Under the pieces are notes generated by a model that saw only the letters and a program-made list of their open reading frames with translations, had not been told where the DNA came from and ran no database searches. Both the position numbers and the translations under genes were made by a program. A stretch of 64,000 bases of DNA from an uncultured Methanosarcinales archaeon (lineage in GTDB: Archaea > Nanobdellota > Nanobdellia > Woesearchaeales > CAIVOO01): contig CAZAIK010000002.1 of the NCBI GenBank assembly GCA_964485195.1, positions 76,972 through 140,971 of the forward strand, written 5' to 3'. Of this stretch, positions 1 to 9,527 are shown piece after piece. The stretch's first letter is position 1, and every line of letters starts with the position of its first letter.

Positions 1-136
1 TGACCCTTATGGATTTTCTTAAGAAAGACAGGGAGTATTTCCTGAATTTCTCCCAGTTTGTCAGTTTTGAATATCTCTCTGTGAATTTCTCCTTGAATTT
101 TATTTCAGGAGCATTTGGGAATGTTTCAAGCGCCAT
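1..136 (-). CDS. N-terminus of a probable RsmB/NOP2 (NOL1/Sun) RNA m5C methyltransferase, runs off the window edge
   Basis: Manual translation from ATG at 136: MALETFPNAPEIKFKEKFTERYSKLTNWEKFRKYSLSFLRKSIRV; the ...KSIRV(N) motif is typical of this family's N-terminus. Confidence 0.6.
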   Translation of the reverse strand, partial: MALETFPNAPEIKFKEKFTERYSKLTNWEKFRKYSLSFLRKSIRV

Positions 137-221
137 GAACCAAGTTCCTGCGCTCTCTTTTTATTTATTTCCCTTTTTGACAAAGAAGGTCTTGAAAGAG
201 GAGATGCGGGGATATAATAAG

Positions 222-1856
222 TTATTTGAATGATTTAACCATATAACTTCCTTCCTTTTTGTAGCCGAGCTTTCTGTAATATTCCCTCACCCCGACCCCG
301 GAAATGACTTTCATCTTCTTGATTTTGCTTTTCCCAGCAATCTCTTCTGCCTTTTTCATCAATTGCTTTCCGAAGCCCCTGTGCTGCGCCTTCCCTTCTT
401 CCTTCAGCTGTTCTGCAGAACCGTAAACGTGAAGCTCCCTAATGAATGCTGTTTCACCTGAAATCCTGAGCCTGCAAAAGCCTATGATTTTGTCATTTTC
501 CTCAAGGGAAATGAAGAATTCCTTCCCTCCTGAAGCAGCATATTCTTTAACCTTTATTGAAGGGTTTCTGATATCACCCTTTTTTATTTCCCTGCACCTT
601 ATGCACCTGCATTCAATGCCGTAATTTTCCTTTATGTGCTGCCGCAGGTTTGTCATTTTGGGACCTGCCTCAATAACTGTGGACGGAATGTCCCTCTGTA
701 TCCTCATTATCCTGCAGTATTCCGGAACAAATTTTTTAGCCTGCGTTATTATCCTTGCAGCCTGCTCTGTTTTTATTGGCCTGTACAACCCCTTTTTCCA
801 CATATCATATAGTTTGGTGCCCTTGGTGACAATGCACGGGTAAATCTTGAGCATGTCCGGCCTGAATTTCTCTTCGGAAAACAATTTTTTTATGCCTTCA
901 ATGTCTTTTTTCACGCTGGAGCCGGGAAGCCCTATCATATAATGTGCATTTATCTTGAATCCATTGTCTTTCAACACCCTGAAGGCTTCAGCAGTTTCAT
1001 TGACCGTATGGCCCCTTTCAATCTTTTTCAGCACCTCATCATAAACAGACTGGATGCCTATCTCTACACGGGTGGCCCCCATTCTCAGCATTTCCTTAAC
1101 GTGCTTTTCCATTGCATAGTCCGGCCTTGTTTCTATGGTCAGCCCGACGCATCTTATGGCAGAACTCTCATTTCTCTTCTGCTCCCTTTCCAACTCGGCC
1201 TTTCCTTTCTGCTTTTTTATTTTTGAAATGACCTTTTTCACTCTTTTTTCATCCTTGATTGTGCCGGGCAGCTCAAAGAACTCCCTGAACTTGTCAAAAT
1301 TAAACTCACCATTCCTGTAAAAAATTCTTGAGAAGTCATTCATTGCCTTGAATGCGCTGGCCACAAAGCTTTCCTGGTATTTTTTTGTGAAGGAGGGGAA
1401 AGTACCCCCCATTATTATCAGTTCAGCCTTGTTGGGGTTGTGCCCTGTTACTATGTACTGCTCCAGTCTTGAAAATACCTGCACGTAGGGGTCAAATCCC
1501 GTGCGCAGGCCTCTCATGGTTGCGGGCTCCTTTCCTGTGTAGCTTTGGGGCACATCACCAAAACTGGATTCAGGCCCTCCGGGGCAGTAAACGCATTTTC
1601 CGTGGGGGCATTTGGCGGGCCTGGTCATAACTGCAACAACTGCAACTCCTGAGATTGTCCTGGTGGGCTTTGTCTGGAGATACTTTTTGAGAATGGGCAA
1701 GTCCTCCTTTTTGGCGTGCGTTAATATTGCAATGTCTGTTGGAACCTTTGCTATGCCGTGCTTCTTGCACAGGAGATACTTCTGCCTGGAAAAATCCTCT
1801 TTTGAAAGCCTTTTTTTCTTTACAGCTTCTATTAATTCTGAAAAAAAATGGTCCAT
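222..1856 (-). CDS. elp3: Elp3 tRNA uridine(34) acetyltransferase (radical SAM + KAT)
   Basis: CPHGKCVYCPGG, QSYTGKEPA, ETRPD, RELHVYG, QHRGFG motifs. Confidence 0.96.
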   Translation of the reverse strand: MDHFFSELIEAVKKKRLSKEDFSRQKYLLCKKHGIAKVPTDIAILTHAKKEDLPILKKYLQTKPTRTISGVAVVAVMTRPAKCPHGKCVYCPGGPESSFGDVPQSYTGKEPATMRGLRTGFDPYVQVFSRLEQYIVTGHNPNKAELIIMGGTFPSFTKKYQESFVASAFKAMNDFSRIFYRNGEFNFDKFREFFELPGTIKDEKRVKKVISKIKKQKGKAELEREQKRNESSAIRCVGLTIETRPDYAMEKHVKEMLRMGATRVEIGIQSVYDEVLKKIERGHTVNETAEAFRVLKDNGFKINAHYMIGLPGSSVKKDIEGIKKLFSEEKFRPDMLKIYPCIVTKGTKLYDMWKKGLYRPIKTEQAARIITQAKKFVPEYCRIMRIQRDIPSTVIEAGPKMTNLRQHIKENYGIECRCIRCREIKKGDIRNPSIKVKEYAASGGKEFFISLEENDKIIGFCRLRISGETAFIRELHVYGSAEQLKEEGKAQHRGFGKQLMKKAEEIAGKSKIKKMKVISGVGVREYYRKLGYKKEGSYMVKSFK

Positions 1857-1896
1857 GAAAAAGGGTTAAACGCCACTATTTTTAAAGGTATACTTT

Positions 1897-1975
1897 GGGC
1901 AGGTGTTACGCCGGGTTAGTTATTTGAGGATTGCGCCTGGCAGCGCCAGCCAAAACGCGCAATACCAAACAAACA
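1897..1975 (-). repeat. Partial copy of the structured intergenic repeat family
   Basis: Minus strand reads TGGCGCTGC-CAGGCG-CAATCCT-CAAATAACT, matching the 5' half of the copy at 3051-3197. Confidence 0.55.
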
Positions 1976-1977
1976 CT

Positions 1978-3006
1978 TTAGCCTTTTACAATCTTTCTCA
2001 CAGGCCAGGAGATTTCAATATTTTCCTTGTCATACCTCTCTTTCAGCGCCTTGATGAACTCGTGCGTCACAAGGTATTTGTCCACAATCTGCTGCACCCT
2101 GAGAATCACAGCGAAATTGATGTTGGAATCCCCGAAAGAATTGTATCTTATGAATGGCTCAAAATCCCTCACAGCCCCTTCCACATTCTCCTGGATTTTT
2201 CTGGCCACTTCAACTGTCACTTTTTCCACCTTTTTCAAATCTTCCTTGTAACCGACTCCAACAGGTATGACCAATCCTGTTTCCTTTACAGGCACGTCAT
2301 CATTTATTATCACGCTTTCGGCAAGCTTAGCATTTGGGATTATGACTAATGTATTTGGCAAAGTCAGTATCCTTGTGCTCCTCCAGCCGATATCATCAAC
2401 ATACCCTGTTATGTTCTCGCTCTGCAATTCTATGTAATCTCCAACCTGAACTGGCTGGTCTGATATTATGTGTAGGCCTGCGAAAAAATTTGATAATGTA
2501 TTCTGCAGGGCCAGTCCCACTGCAAGCCCTCCAATACCAAGCGTGGCAATCAGGGGGGAGACCTCAATCCCGAAATAACTGAGGATGATTATGAACGCAA
2601 TAAGGTAGATTGCGCCTGCAATCACCTTGTTCAAAACCTGGGGAGTTTTCCTGAATTTCTTTTTAACGTGCAGCCATTTGCCCACGAAAACCAACAAAAT
2701 CTTTACAAATATGTAAGCTCCCAGAAGAACAGAGACCACAAAGAAACCTTTGCTAATCAGGTCCTGATATTCAACAAGTAAGCTCAGCCTTTGCTGAGCG
2801 AAAAAGAGCCCTGCAAGGATTATCGCAATTAACAGGGGCTTTTTTACAATGTCAGCGAGTGCGTCATCTATGTCATTTTTGGTTTTTCCGGCAAATTTTC
2901 TTATAAATCTCAATATTATGAAGTCTATTACAAAAGCTGCTGCCACGGATATACCAATTATGAGCAGAAACTGAAGAGACTCATTCTGAAACAACACCTC
3001 TAGCAT
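1978..3006 (-). CDS. mscS: Small-conductance mechanosensitive channel (MscS family)
   Basis: GIGGLAVGLALQNTLSNFFAG, GDYI, IGWRSTRI, IPNA motifs; several TM helices. Confidence 0.95.
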   Translation of the reverse strand: MLEVLFQNESLQFLLIIGISVAAAFVIDFIILRFIRKFAGKTKNDIDDALADIVKKPLLIAIILAGLFFAQQRLSLLVEYQDLISKGFFVVSVLLGAYIFVKILLVFVGKWLHVKKKFRKTPQVLNKVIAGAIYLIAFIIILSYFGIEVSPLIATLGIGGLAVGLALQNTLSNFFAGLHIISDQPVQVGDYIELQSENITGYVDDIGWRSTRILTLPNTLVIIPNAKLAESVIINDDVPVKETGLVIPVGVGYKEDLKKVEKVTVEVARKIQENVEGAVRDFEPFIRYNSFGDSNINFAVILRVQQIVDKYLVTHEFIKALKERYDKENIEISWPVRKIVKG

Positions 3007-3050
3007 ATTAAGCCGTTGAAATTCTTTCTTTTTAAATCTTGCCTACCGCA

Positions 3051-3197
3051 GGTAATGTCAGGTATCCTGTTTGGCGTTGGCGCTGCCTGGCGCAGTTGCC
3101 AACTTTGCTGTGAGGTTACAAATAACTCGGTTTCAGAGGCGATAAAGTGACGGGCGGAGCGCAGCACCAGCTTTTGAACAACCAACTTGACTTAACC
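3051..3197 (+). repeat. Structured intergenic repeat / MITE-like element (copy A)
   Basis: Ends GGTAATGTCAGGT...AACTTGACTTAACC; internal stem TGGCGCTGC/GCAGCACCA; cores CAAATAACTCGG and CGGAGC shared with the copies at 31.1 and 39.8 kb. Confidence 0.75.
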
Positions 3198-3209
3198 CTC
3201 TTATTAATC

Positions 3210-4175
3210 TCAAATAATTCCTACTTCAGACAATATTTCCAGCCCTATGAAGAGAAAGTAAAGGCATACCATTATGATTCCGTGCCTGTAGTCCATCTCC
3301 TGGTTCTTAATCAGCCACAGCACAAGGGCAAGCCCGCCGATATAGAATATTGCGCTTAGTATTATGCTTCGCAACGGAAGAACGACAGGATTGATTACAG
3401 CCACGATGCCAAAAAGCAAAAGCATATCAGCAAGCGTGCTCCCCAGCACGTCCCCGAATGCGATGTGCGTGTGGCCGGTTCTCACAGCCTTTATCTGCAC
3501 AGAAAGGTCAGGGAGGGAAGCGCCTATTCCTATGACTATCAAGGCGATGAGATAGGAACTTATCCCTAATATCTCTGACACTTTCGATGCCGAGAAAACC
3601 ATCCACCTCGCTGACAGCAGGAGCGCGACAAGGGCGCCGAGAAAAACGAAAGCGTCTTTCCATACCATTTTCAGCTTTACATCCTTTTTGAGCTGGCCGA
3701 GCGTTCCTTCCTTCTTCCACAAATAGATAACGTAGCCTATGAAGGCGCCTATTAGAACGAATCCGCCCCATCTGGGAATTCGCCCGCCCAAAAGAAATAT
3801 AACAGGGATTGACGCAAGCAGGAGGAAAAAATGCCTTGTCTCCCTCAGCAGCTTGCTTTGAAGATTTATCTTCCTGCCCACAATCGCCACCGTGCCCAAT
3901 ATTAAAAGAAGGGAAGCAATGACTGCGCCGAAAAAAGAGCCTGCAACTATTCCGCTGTCTCCCTGCACAGCACCCATTACTGAGGAAACAAATTCAGGAG
4001 TGGACATTCCCATAGCGATGACTATGAATCCTATGAGGTACTCTGAAATCCCTAATTTCCTTGCGTAATTTGTAATGCCAAAGACAATAAGGTCAGCTGC
4101 CCTGATAAGAACATACAAACTTGCAGCCAATAAGACAATGTATACAAACAGCGGATTGTTTATTATCTCTATCAT
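3210..4175 (-). CDS. Na+/Ca2+ exchanger family (CaCA/YrbG) antiporter
   Basis: Two alpha-repeats GMSTPE / GASLPD; about 10 TM helices. Confidence 0.9.
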   Translation of the reverse strand: MIEIINNPLFVYIVLLAASLYVLIRAADLIVFGITNYARKLGISEYLIGFIVIAMGMSTPEFVSSVMGAVQGDSGIVAGSFFGAVIASLLLILGTVAIVGRKINLQSKLLRETRHFFLLLASIPVIFLLGGRIPRWGGFVLIGAFIGYVIYLWKKEGTLGQLKKDVKLKMVWKDAFVFLGALVALLLSARWMVFSASKVSEILGISSYLIALIVIGIGASLPDLSVQIKAVRTGHTHIAFGDVLGSTLADMLLLFGIVAVINPVVLPLRSIILSAIFYIGGLALVLWLIKNQEMDYRHGIIMVCLYFLFIGLEILSEVGII

Positions 4176-4474
4176 TTTTGGACAGCTTTCCGTATCCCCC
4201 TGTAGACTATTATGCTTGCAGCAACCACAATCACCAGCACCCAGTCAAAAATATTTAGCGGGACTGTGTCAAAGAGCATGTTCAAAGGAGCATAAGTTAC
4301 GGCAACCTGCAAAATAATGGAAATTCCCGCTGCTCCCAGCAGGTACTTGTTTGAAAAGGCAGTGGTGAAAACAGATTTTTTCTCGGACTTGCAGTTGAAA
4401 ACATTGAATATCTGGTAAAACACAAGGCAGAGCTCCTCCAGGACTTTTTCCGCAGGCTGTGCGTGGAATTTCAT
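4172..4474 (-). pseudogene. Internally deleted cation-transporting P-type ATPase (extreme N-terminus fused in frame to the last TM helices)
   Basis: MKFHAQPAEKVLEEL (Cation_ATPase_N-like start) joined directly to VFYQIFNVFNCKS...FSNKYL...LQVAVTYAPLNMLFDTVPL (Cation_ATPase_C-like); no DKTGT. Confidence 0.75.
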
Positions 4475-4770
4475 TCTGTGGTTTTGCAAAATTCCTCCTT
4501 CATCTCTTCAAGGTTTCTCATAAAATACTTGAAGCAGTCAGAGGCGCAGAAGGACAACTTTCTTCTGTATTTCTCCCCTATTATGAGAGTGAATCTGGGA
4601 TTTCTCAGCTCCTTGAAGCAGGTCGCGCAGAACTTTTCTGAATTGCTCAGTTCCTGCAGCCTCTGCCACATAACCTTTTTTATTATTTCATTGTTGTTTT
4701 CAATGTCCTTTTGAAGTTCTTTCAGCTCTTCAAAATTCATCCTTTTTATTGTGTCCACTATTTCTTTCAC
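4471..4770 (-). CDS. Small protein with CxxC...CxxxC (TRASH/zinc-finger-like) domain
   Basis: FCATC...FCASDC; coupled to neighbours by GTGA/ATGA overlaps. Confidence 0.65.
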   Translation of the reverse strand: MKEIVDTIKRMNFEELKELQKDIENNNEIIKKVMWQRLQELSNSEKFCATCFKELRNPRFTLIIGEKYRRKLSFCASDCFKYFMRNLEEMKEEFCKTTE

Positions 4771-4937
4771 TTCTTGTCCGCCTCCTCAAACTCAATGTAC
4801 CACCTGCCTGTTTTCCTGTCATAGATGAAAAGGACATTGTGCTTCTTGCTCTTGTCCAGGGCAAATAACAAAGGCATTGGTATTGTTGTCTCGTAAGAGC
4901 TTCCCCGCTTGTAGAGCTTTCTCCTGATGGTTGTCAT
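4767..4937 (-). CDS. 56-aa AbrB/MazE-like DNA-binding protein (not in ORF track)
   Basis: MTTIRRKLYKRGSSYETTIPMPLLFALDKSKKHNVLFIYDRKTGRWYIEFEEADKK; RKL..RGSS...TIP pattern; stop overlaps the next start. Confidence 0.7.
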   Translation of the reverse strand: MTTIRRKLYKRGSSYETTIPMPLLFALDKSKKHNVLFIYDRKTGRWYIEFEEADKK

Positions 4938-4945
4938 TGTTCCTC

Positions 4946-5755
4946 TTAAGCCATGATTATCCCGAAGTTATAGCATCTCACATTGCTTCCTGCTCTTTCG
5001 GCACTCCCTGTGAACTTAACATACCAGTATGATTTTCCGCCAGTTCCTGTGTTGTCTGCCTTGATTCTTTTTGCAAAATTTGAATCATCGCCTTTATCAT
5101 TATGCAAAATGTCAGAAATATAGCACACGTGCCATTTCGTACTGGCTACAGGTGTCCAGGAGTCGCCAGTCTTACTAAAATCATACCTTCCGCTGTGAGT
5201 TATGCCTATTCTAATGGTCTTGCATATTATGTTTCCGCTGGCGTCAATGCCTATCATCACTTGGCCGGCTGGGCACGAGCCCGGATTAATACCAGATGGC
5301 CATTCTGTCTTTCGCACGTTTCCGAGTGTTATTCCGCTTCCTGCGACGATATCATTGGCGATAACATCATTGTTTTCAACTATCAGATTGCCCCCTTCAA
5401 TGTTTACTGGCTTGCCTGTCGTGCCTGTTGAAATCCACAGCCCTGTTGTGGTGCTGTAATCTATGTGCGGTTTGTTATTGTCCTGAGATGTTGTCTGCCA
5501 GAATATACCCTTCACATCTGCAGGGAAAAAAAGGTTGCCTGTCTGCACATTAATGCTGTGCTGGACTGCCAAGATGTTCTGAACATTCAAGTTGTTTGGA
5601 AAAGTGAAATCTCCGGAGCCGAATGTTCCTGCGCTGATTTCTGATGCGCTGTGCCCGACAGTAGGAGTTTGCGCAATCGCTATTCCTGCTGCAGAAAAAA
5701 CAACTGCAAGCGCCACAAAAAGAACAAGGTGCCTTTTCTCTACGCAAATTTCCAT
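4946..5755 (-). CDS. Secreted/membrane-anchored beta-rich surface protein
   Basis: N-terminal hydrophobic helix, GHSASEI motif, CPAGQVMIGIDASGNIIC motif. Confidence 0.65.
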   Translation of the reverse strand: MEICVEKRHLVLFVALAVVFSAAGIAIAQTPTVGHSASEISAGTFGSGDFTFPNNLNVQNILAVQHSINVQTGNLFFPADVKGIFWQTTSQDNNKPHIDYSTTTGLWISTGTTGKPVNIEGGNLIVENNDVIANDIVAGSGITLGNVRKTEWPSGINPGSCPAGQVMIGIDASGNIICKTIRIGITHSGRYDFSKTGDSWTPVASTKWHVCYISDILHNDKGDDSNFAKRIKADNTGTGGKSYWYVKFTGSAERAGSNVRCYNFGIIMA

Positions 5756-5898
5756 TTTCTGCCTCCCAAAATACTTATATTTTTACATTCTTTAAGATAT
5801 ATTTTACGATTAACTTTTATGTATATAAAAATACTTATTTATAAATCTTGCGGTTTGGAATCTAAATATTTAAATAATCCTGGGAAACAGAACAAGGA

Positions 5899-6711
5899 AT
5901 GAAGTTCGCAGTCATTGTTTCTCCAAAAGACCCTGCAGGCATTACAATAAAGGAAGCATTGATGCGGATGTATGAATTCAAGGATGCAGAAAAGGAGTAC
6001 GACGGGCATCCTGTTTATGAATTCCAGAACATAGAGCTTTACACCACAGACACGGACTCAATACACTGCGAGGACATTGACAATAAAATAAATGCTGATA
6101 TGTTTATTTTTGCGACAAAGCACGAGTCAAAGGCAGGCATTCCCTCCCTTTCTGTCCATACCACCGGCAACTGGGGAAAGGCAGAAGGTTATGGTGGAAA
6201 GGACAGGAAATTATGCGTTGCGCCCGCAGGGTACCTAAAGGAAGGCCTGATATTCCTTGAGAACAACAACAAGGTTGGTTTTGATGTTGTCCAGGAATGC
6301 ACCCATCACGGCCCCTATCTTGAAAAGCCGGTTATGTTCATCGAGATAGGCGGAAGCGAAAAGCAGTGGAAGAACAAGGACGCTGCTGAAATTATCGCGG
6401 CAGCCATAGTGCACATTAACATGGTGGAGCCAAGACTTTTCAAGACAGCTATGGGAATTGGCGGTTTGCACACCACGCCGAACTTCAGGAAGATAATGCT
6501 GAACACAGATGTTGCAATAGGCCACATCTGCCCAAAATACCAGCTGGAAAACCTTGACGGGGACATAATTGTGCAGGCCATAAAGAATACAAAACCGGCA
6601 GCCGCAGAAATGGCAATCCTGGACTGGAAAGGCCTGGGGCAGGAAAAGGATAGGATAGTCAGCCTTCTGCAGGAGTTGGGGATCCCATTTACCAGGACTT
6701 CGGCGTTTTAA
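5899..6711 (+). CDS. dtdA: D-aminoacyl-tRNA deacylase (archaeal DTD2)
   Basis: KHES...LSVHTTGNW, ECTHHGP, FIEIG, GGLH motifs. Confidence 0.93.
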   Translation: MKFAVIVSPKDPAGITIKEALMRMYEFKDAEKEYDGHPVYEFQNIELYTTDTDSIHCEDIDNKINADMFIFATKHESKAGIPSLSVHTTGNWGKAEGYGGKDRKLCVAPAGYLKEGLIFLENNNKVGFDVVQECTHHGPYLEKPVMFIEIGGSEKQWKNKDAAEIIAAAIVHINMVEPRLFKTAMGIGGLHTTPNFRKIMLNTDVAIGHICPKYQLENLDGDIIVQAIKNTKPAAAEMAILDWKGLGQEKDRIVSLLQELGIPFTRTSAF

Positions 6712-6753
6712 TTTCATAATCTTTAAATACTGGTTTGGTTAAATTTTCCGGGA

Positions 6754-7458
6754 ATGGCAAAAAAGAAGGGTGTTAAGGGAAAAAAGGCCGGAAAGTCTGT
6801 TAAAAAGGGCTCAGGAAAAAATGAGAAGCCCCGGAAAAACAGATGGGTAGGCATAGCAGTGATTGTAGTGGTATTCGCCTTAATCCTGTTCTTATTCTCG
6901 TATTCAGCTTTCTTCTCTGGCAGAAAGGCCTCCACTTTCGGGGAAGCTGTCCAGATGGTAGAGGAAATTGACTCTGCCCACAACATTTCATTCTCTGATT
7001 ATCAGAGGGGACTTTATTATCTGGAGGACAATCCGCGCTATCCCAACCCCCTGAACTTTGATGAGATGGAAGTGGTTTTGGAGGAATATGATGAAATAAG
7101 GGGGGATGGGAATGTGGAGCTTTTCACCGATTTCAGGATTAATCTTTTGGAAGCGGAAAAATATTACAGGCTTTCACAAAAGTCCTACAAGGCGGACCTT
7201 CACAACTACGGCCTGAGGTGCAAGAACGAACCCTATATTCTTGAGTCGATCAACAACACTGGAAAGTCAGTTGAGAACATAAGGGAGATGCTTGCGAATT
7301 TGGATGAGCTTAATGAAAAATACCCTGAAGATTTCAACTCCCTGAACATCTCTGGAGAATGGATTAAGATTATGGCGAATGAAATTATAGATCTTGAGGC
7401 AGAAGCAAGTTACAAGAAAGCATTTTTTAATAACTTCTGCAATGAAACAAATGATTAA
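6754..7458 (+). CDS. Hypothetical single-TM protein
   Basis: Lys-rich N-terminus, one TM helix, acidic helical ectodomain. Confidence 0.7.
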   Translation: MAKKKGVKGKKAGKSVKKGSGKNEKPRKNRWVGIAVIVVVFALILFLFSYSAFFSGRKASTFGEAVQMVEEIDSAHNISFSDYQRGLYYLEDNPRYPNPLNFDEMEVVLEEYDEIRGDGNVELFTDFRINLLEAEKYYRLSQKSYKADLHNYGLRCKNEPYILESINNTGKSVENIREMLANLDELNEKYPEDFNSLNISGEWIKIMANEIIDLEAEASYKKAFFNNFCNETND

Positions 7459-7462
7459 GAGA

Positions 7463-8218
7463 TTATTTCTTTGCGGCTGGCTTTGCCTTTTCAGCAGGGG
7501 CAGCTTCCTTTTTCGCCCCAGCTCCCAGCCCCGCAGTAAGTTTTGCTATTAATGCCTCTGAAATCCCCTCTTCTCTCATCTTTGACTTTATGACTGACTT
7601 GTCCTTTCCTTCGTTGGCTGTCAGAATCTCCTGTGCTTTCTTTTCCTCTTCTGCGTGTCTCTTTTCAGCCTCTTCCTTAAGACGCTCCTTTTCCTCTTTC
7701 AACGTCTTTCTCTCTTCTTCAGTCAGCTCTGTCTTTTCCTCGGAAATTTCCTTGTCATAAACCCCTTTGTCAACTTCCTTCAGGGCCTCTTTGGGCTCTT
7801 TTCCCTCAACAAGAACTCCCATGGAAACGCACGTTCCAATAACGTTCTTCACCTTTTCCTTGAGGGTGGCCCCATTCAGGGACTCCTCTTTCATCTTGGC
7901 AACCTTTATTATCTGCTCAATCATCAAGTCAGCAACTTTGTCCTGGTTTGGCATTCCAGAACCCTTTTCAATTCCTGCCTCTTTTTTCAGCAGGCTCGAA
8001 GTTGGAGGCGTCCCTATCTCAATTTCGAACTCCTTGGTTGCAGGATCAAAATTAACCTTTACAGGGACCTGCATCCCCTTGAAATTCGCGGTTTTCTCAT
8101 TAATCTGGGCAACAACCTCAGAAACATTCAATCCAGTCGGGCCTAGCGCGGGCCCTAGAGGAGGCGCAGCTGACGCCTTTCCACCTTCTATCATTGCTTC
8201 TACAGTCTGGGCTGCCAT
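7463..8218 (-). CDS. rpl11: 50S ribosomal protein L11 with a long charged C-terminal extension
   Basis: [24 protein letters not shown]; about 90 extra residues. Confidence 0.95.
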   Translation of the reverse strand: MAAQTVEAMIEGGKASAAPPLGPALGPTGLNVSEVVAQINEKTANFKGMQVPVKVNFDPATKEFEIEIGTPPTSSLLKKEAGIEKGSGMPNQDKVADLMIEQIIKVAKMKEESLNGATLKEKVKNVIGTCVSMGVLVEGKEPKEALKEVDKGVYDKEISEEKTELTEEERKTLKEEKERLKEEAEKRHAEEEKKAQEILTANEGKDKSVIKSKMREEGISEALIAKLTAGLGAGAKKEAAPAEKAKPAAKK

Positions 8219-8295
8219 TCTAAGAAAGATTTAAAGGGTTATTTATAAAGCTTGTTGTGCACATTTTAAATATTTTCTCTTCTTCAGCCAGTAGT

Positions 8296-8808
8296 ATGGC
8301 TCTTGAAATTGTTGGGGATGAATTAAGGATTTTTCACTTTCTGCCCTGGACGCATTGGGGGCACGCAGAGGATTTGTTATCATTTCTTCAGGACCCTGAA
8401 AACAGCAGCACGTTAGACAGGTCAGTTGTAGAGCAAGTCAGGGAACAAGTAAATCCAATCATAAGATTTGATTACAGTGTTCCTCCTTACATTGCTTTTG
8501 ATGGCACTGTTCCTGAAGAAGAGTTTGACAAAGCGCACGAGTTCCTGCTTCGTGACATAATCCCCGTAAAATATAAAGATGCGGTAAGGCTAAACCTGCA
8601 CAGGCAGTTCCTTATGAACATTCCTGACCCGCAAAATCATCCTGATTTTTTAATTAATGTAATGGGTTACATCCGCCCTCCTGAGAGTCATTTTTTCCAG
8701 GCAAAAAATCTCCTGGTTAAGTATGGGGGCCCTCATCAAATTAAAAGACTAATAGGAGATGTGATGTATGAGAGAGCATTAAATGACGCATTAAGAAAAA
8801 CTAAATAG
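8296..8808 (+). CDS. Hypothetical protein inserted antisense between spt5 and rpl11
   Basis: ORF with protein-like composition; ATG at 8296 follows a TTTAAATA box. Confidence 0.6.
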   Translation: MALEIVGDELRIFHFLPWTHWGHAEDLLSFLQDPENSSTLDRSVVEQVREQVNPIIRFDYSVPPYIAFDGTVPEEEFDKAHEFLLRDIIPVKYKDAVRLNLHRQFLMNIPDPQNHPDFLINVMGYIRPPESHFFQAKNLLVKYGGPHQIKRLIGDVMYERALNDALRKTK

Positions 8809-8811
8809 GAT

Positions 8812-9333
8812 CTACTCTTCCTCTTCTTCCCCTTCTCTCCTTATTACCTTCACAGCGTCAAGCTTCAGCGTGATTGGTATGGGAACTGCGCTTTCAAGAA
8901 GCTCCACCACAACTTCCTCTTTCATCTTGTCCACTCTTGTGACCTTGGCGTTTTCCCTCTTGAAAGGCCCTGAGATAATCTCAACAATGTCGCTCTTCTT
9001 GATGCTTACCTCCTTTGCAACCTGCTCAAGCATATGCTCTATTTCCTTGTAGGGAACAGGCTCCCTCAATATTCCCCTGGCGTAGGGAACGCCCTGGGCA
9101 GCCAGCTCTGCCTGCTTTTTTGAGCGGGCCTCGAGAAATATGTACCCTCTCATTCCGTGGGGCCTTATTATGGAGTAAATGTCAAGCTTTTTCTTCTGCG
9201 CATTGCTGACTACAAAGTCCATCACCTGGTCTTCCCTGTTTGCAGTAACCCTTAGTGCAAAAATCTCAGGCTCTTCTGATTTTTGCTCTTCTCTTGATGT
9301 TTCCTGTTCAGTTTTCTGTTCAGCTTCTGCCAT
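8812..9333 (-). CDS. spt5: Transcription elongation factor Spt5 (NusG)
   Basis: NGN domain (RGYIFLEA) plus KOW (DIVEIISGPFK). Confidence 0.95.
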   Translation of the reverse strand: MAEAEQKTEQETSREEQKSEEPEIFALRVTANREDQVMDFVVSNAQKKKLDIYSIIRPHGMRGYIFLEARSKKQAELAAQGVPYARGILREPVPYKEIEHMLEQVAKEVSIKKSDIVEIISGPFKRENAKVTRVDKMKEEVVVELLESAVPIPITLKLDAVKVIRREGEEEEE

Positions 9334-9334
9334 T

Positions 9335-9526
9335 TTATATCAGCAATTGTTTTGCTATCTGTATCACAAAACCTAGGAGTCCTATGATTACCATTCCCAG
9401 TGCAGAAACCTTCACTATTGTGTAAAATTCCTGCTTGGTCGGCTTTTTTGTTACCCTTAACACAATCCTGCACTTGTAGAGGTAACTTCTTATCCTGTGA
9501 ATTACAGAAGGTTTTTGCGCGTCCAT
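9335..9526 (-). CDS. secE: Protein translocase SecE/Sec61-gamma
   Basis: RVTKKPTKQEF...GLLGFVI; conserved ftsZ-secE-spt5 order. Confidence 0.93.
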   Translation of the reverse strand: MDAQKPSVIHRIRSYLYKCRIVLRVTKKPTKQEFYTIVKVSALGMVIIGLLGFVIQIAKQLLI

Positions 9527-9527
9527 C

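Noticed and set aside
9..233. 74-aa plus-strand ORF
   Set aside because: Shadow of a minus-strand gene start (1-136) that has a recognisable family motif
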